A stretch of DNA of 64,000 bases, taken from assembly GCA_030390025.1 (NCBI GenBank), contig CM059441.1:24800001-24864000 (forward strand), read 5' to 3'. This stretch comes from Squalus acanthias. Its lineage: Eukaryota. The notes below the pieces were generated by a model, which saw only the letters and a program-made list of their open reading frames with translations, ran no database searches and had not been told where the DNA came from. Shown here one piece after another: positions 59,939-64,000 of this stretch. How positions within the stretch are numbered: position 1 is the stretch's first letter; each line of letters opens with the position of its first letter. The position numbers were made by a program, and so were the translations under genes.

Positions 59939-61094
59939 CTAAAACAGAAATTTTAAAAAGGGGATTAACATTGCGTCTCGACAGTAAACACGTCTGAACT
60001 TCTGAGTGGAATAAGGACTATGAGAATACAACAAGAGAAGTGTCTTTTTTTTAAATCAACTAACGATCGTCTATTCCAGAACGGAATTAAGAGTCAGACA
60101 TTTTAGATACTATAGGACAGCTAGAATTTTAAACACGTTTACAGAACACACTGCCTACCACTGTTGATAAACACATAGGGAATTTGACTAGAGCTCTCTT
60201 AACCTACTTTCCAGAATCAGAGTTAGCTCCTCTAAATGTGACGTGTAGTTAACCAATATAAAAATCTCTAGCTTTACTCCCACTCAGCCGATGGGGTGAG
60301 ATGAAGCAGGGTGGGAGAAGTCTCGTGTGGAGCATGAACGCTGGCATAGACCAGATGGGCCGAATGGCCTGTTTCTGTGCTGTAAATTCTACGCAAGTCC
60401 AAGACATTTCTAAACTCAAAAATTCAATACCCGTTTCCTGTCTAAACAGGTACATGTCCTGTGGCACTGCTGGCGGGCAGAAGCACCTAGCCCCAGGAGC
60501 AAGTGGGTGGGCGCGAATGTGGTAGGGCAGAGAGGAAATGGATGGCCAAGGCTTGCAGAGGACTGGGAGGGGGGGGGGGGGGGGTGGTCATGACCAAGAA
60601 GGCAGTGGGTGGGCAAGCAGCAAAGTCTGAAGCTCAGAGAAGCAGAGGCTGGGGCCGAGTTAGAGCAGGGAACGCAAGACTGCCGAGGACCAAGGCTCGG
60701 CGAGGTGCAGACGTTTGGGAGGTAGGACTAGAGTTGGCGGTGGGAGAAGAGCAAGTAGCAGCCAAGAGCTAAGGCATGAGGTAACTTTTAAGTGGCACGA
60801 GGAGCAAGGAACAGGTTAGGCCTTTAGTGCTGCTGGTGTCAGGAACTTGCTGACAATTGCTAGTTAAGTTACAATTTGCCTCTTTCTAGGTTCACTGGTA
60901 CGTGAATGTGGTCAACAAAGCGCTAAACTTCCGGTTTCCCCCACCCCAACCATAGTCTGATCGATTCCCAGTTTTCTCAATAGAGACAACCAGAAAGCTT
61001 GTGCACGAGGCTTCATACACACATGAAAAAAAGATCAGAGATGGCACAGCTGTTCTGGGTTTGAGGGAAGGACAAAACAGGGGCTGACAACAAA

Positions 61095-61548
61095 AACAAA
61101 GACTTGCATTTCTATAGCGCCTTTCACGACCACCAGATGTCCCAAAGCGCTTTACAGCCAATGAATTACTTTTGGAGTGTAGTCACTGTTGTAATGTAGG
61201 AAACGCGGCAGCCAAATTGTGCACAGCAAGCTCCCACAAACAGCAATGTGATAATGACCAGATATCTGTTTTAGTGATGCAGATTGAGGGATAAATTTTG
61301 GCCAGGACACCGGGGAGAACTCCTCTGCTCTTCTTTGAAATAGTGCCATGGGATCTTTCACATCCACCTGAGAGAGCAGGTTTAATGTCTCATCCAAAAG
61401 ATGGCACCTCCGACAGTGCAGTCCTCCCTCAGTACGGCACTGGAGTGTCAGCCTAGATTTTTGTGCTCAAGTCTCTGGAGTGGGACTTGAACCCACAACC
61501 ATCTGACTCAGGGCGAGAGAGTGCTACCCACTGAGCAACGGCTGACAC
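61095..61548 (-). mobile_element. Deu-SINE copy (others at ~23945-24110 and 49098-49410)
   Basis: Same family. Confidence 0.82.
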
Positions 61549-62028
61549 AAATAGCCAAAATAACCCCACATTAAATGGCCAGAATCCCCCACCCTCAAAT
61601 GTAAAATTTAACCAAGGAGTACGGGATAGTGCGGGAAGGTGGAGAGGAGGTAGAAGATTATTGAATGGCAGAGCAGGCTCGAAGGGCCTACTCCTGTTCC
61701 TATTTCTTATGTTCTTACATAAATAAAGTCAAGTTAGAAAGATTTGAGGGACAATTTCTGGACACTAAGGGAATCAAGGGATATGGGGATATGGCAGAAA
61801 AGTGGCGTTGAAATAAAAGATCAGCCATGATCTATTGAATGGCAGAGCAGGCTAGAGGGGTCATATGGCCTACGCCTGCTCCTATTTCTTATGCTCTTAA
61901 GTGTGGGAGAGCCTATAGGGTTACTCATCTGGAATCAGAAGAGGATGTTCTGGCAGCAACTCAGTAATTTGAAGCCTGCAAGCGATTAAGATGGCGACAA
62001 AACTAATCAGCCACAAATGGTCACTTAC

Positions 62029-62182
62029 CGCTACATCCAGCAATAGCTCTCCCCGTGTGCCGTGCAGAATCTTCACCAGGTTCCCTATGCTCTTCTCCCA
62101 GATGTAAAGTGCATGTTGCCGTGCTGAACCAGCACAGATGTACTCCCCATCACCAGAGAAACAACACTTCTTCCAGGGGGTC
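62029..62182 (-). CDS. RBBP5: RBBP5 exon ([14 protein letters not shown]...LLLDVA)
   Basis: AG/GT-bounded 154 nt; WD40 repeat. Confidence 0.95.
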
Positions 62183-62754
62183 CTGAGAGGGAGATAAACA
62201 ACCAGGTCATTTATATAAAAGAAACCACCTCAACACAAAAATGGAAAGAACCACTTTAGCTGTCATTCTGGTGTACACGTCCTATACGTTAAAGACAAAA
62301 ACCTGCAGGAAGTTGCAGATTATACATCAACGTTGATTGTACCTTGTGATTTCTATACGCAAAAAGATTCAACTCACTGAAGAAAGAGGATCTCGGGATA
62401 TTTTTTCCCCATAATTAAACAACCATTAGCAAAACAAGCAGCTTTGAAAGGTGGCATATCTGACAATAATAGCAAGTCATTAGAGAAAAACAAGCATTCT
62501 TCCATTTATCATTAAGATGAACTTCACGATCAAGTAAATCAACCAAATTAAAACGAATGAATCTGAAGGTCTGGCACCCTCAGACATTCGAGTCAGTCTC
62601 CTCAGCCCCAGCATTGTTAAAGTGGTCAGGTCTAAAAAAACACACCGCTGATGAACCGGTTAATGGCACTGCTGTGTCTATACCAAAGGTAGGGTTATTA
62701 CATTGCTATGCAATCGGCTGTTTAGAAACTGTATCTCCAGTTATCTAGTATTAC

Positions 62755-62874
62755 CTGTTCACCAAGTCCTGCAGCTTCTGCATCGGTTCAGGCTCCCCAT
62801 CACGCCCACATGTTAAAATTTCCCGGCCATCGTACACTCGAATGATTCTGTCTGCTGTGTTTATTAGGAAACAA
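62755..62874 (-). CDS. RBBP5: RBBP5 exon (CFLINTADRIIRVYDGREILTCGRDGEPEPMQKLQDLVNR); upstream exons lie outside the window
   Basis: AG/GT-bounded 120 nt; recognised peptide. Confidence 0.95.
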
Positions 62875-64000
62875 CTGCCGAGATATAGAGAATAGAGAAA
62901 GATAATACACGGGTACACCGAGGCAGAGAAGAATTAAATCACTGGCCCACGCAAGCTCAGGAATAAAATGCAGTGAGATCTATCTAATGATTGCTGGTTA
63001 GTATGAAGCGTTAAAATCAAATTAAACTGTGCACAATAAAGTGCTTGAGGATGAAGTCTAACACTTACTTCATGTGGCTGCAAGCCAGGGGAGAAAAGAG
63101 AAATCATAAAAGCAGCTAACTGAATATTTGGTGGGGGGGGGGTTAATCAATTTTACTCCATTCAATAGCCCAGATTGAATTATATTTTCCAAACTTCATT
63201 GTAATTTAACTAAGGAATAAATTTGACAATCATTTTGTATTTCTGCATTTTTTTTTTTAAACTGAAAAACATTTGGGAAGGAGGGGGAAGAATAATGACT
63301 GGTGTTTATGAAGCTGAAGAATAAACATGACTCTATGGATCATTCATCCACCTTTTCTTGCACCAAGTGTTAGTATCAATCATCCCCAAGTGTCCATTAC
63401 ACGGAGGTTATCGTGCCCTCTGTTCGACCGCATTAGTGCTACGTTTCTATCTCCCACACCTGCCACCCTGGTCACCTTTTAGGACCAGCCTCCAATGTGT
63501 CACAAACCATGAGCAATTTTGTGTTGCTGTCTCATGCCCACCAGTTCTTCTGCCCAAAGTCAATTAGCGTTAGACTTTTACAGTCAGCACTGTCAGGAGA
63601 CCTTAATTCGGTCAGTCTGGGATGGCTAAAACCCAGGTTCCAGAGGTGCAGGGATGTGTGGGAACTTAATGTACCACCCAGTCCCCTGTAGATTCAAGAT
63701 GCAATCTGCTTCTCAAGTGAAGGCTAAGAGGAGATTGGATAGAGGTGTTTAAAATCATGAAGGGTTTAGATAGAGTAAATAAACAGAAACTGTTTCCAAT
63801 TGCTGAAGGGTTGATAACGAGGGGGCACAGATTTAAGGTGATTGGCAAAAGAACCAGAAGCGACATGGGGAAAAACTTTTTTTCCACAATGAGTGGTTAG
63901 GATTTGGAATGCACTGCCTGATAGGGTGGTGGATACAAATAGTAGCCTTCAAAAGGGAATTGGATAAATACTTGAAGGAGAAAAAATTGCAGAGATATGG

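Overview
Repeat-rich vertebrate genomic DNA, most likely from a cartilaginous fish (HE1-type V-SINE, SacSINE1-like Deu-SINEs, CR1/L2/RTE/Penelope repeats). Three host genes are visible. (1) The 3' part of a divergent PDZRN3/PDZRN4/PDZD4 (LNX3-5)-family gene on + (exons 4473-12952), with a frameshift in the last exon and an apparently truncated second PDZ domain. Its position next to TMEM81-RBBP5 suggests it is the fourth 2R ohnolog missing from mammals. (2) TMEM81 on -, split into two coding exons by a ~15 kb intron. (3) The last nine coding exons of RBBP5 on -. Large mobile elements: a young two-LTR CsRn1-like Ty3/gypsy (tRNA-Trp PBS, 4-bp TSD) in the TMEM81 intron; a second Ty3/gypsy in an RBBP5 intron with an intact 1328-codon ORF, a single LTR, a 5-bp TSD, no tRNA PBS and a leader complementary to its own LTR; and a full-length decayed Penelope-like element. 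Many Penelope terminal fragments carry minimal hammerhead-ribozyme cores, two of them as fold-back hairpin insertions with 14-15 bp TSDs. All homology calls come from motif recognition and memory; no database search was run.
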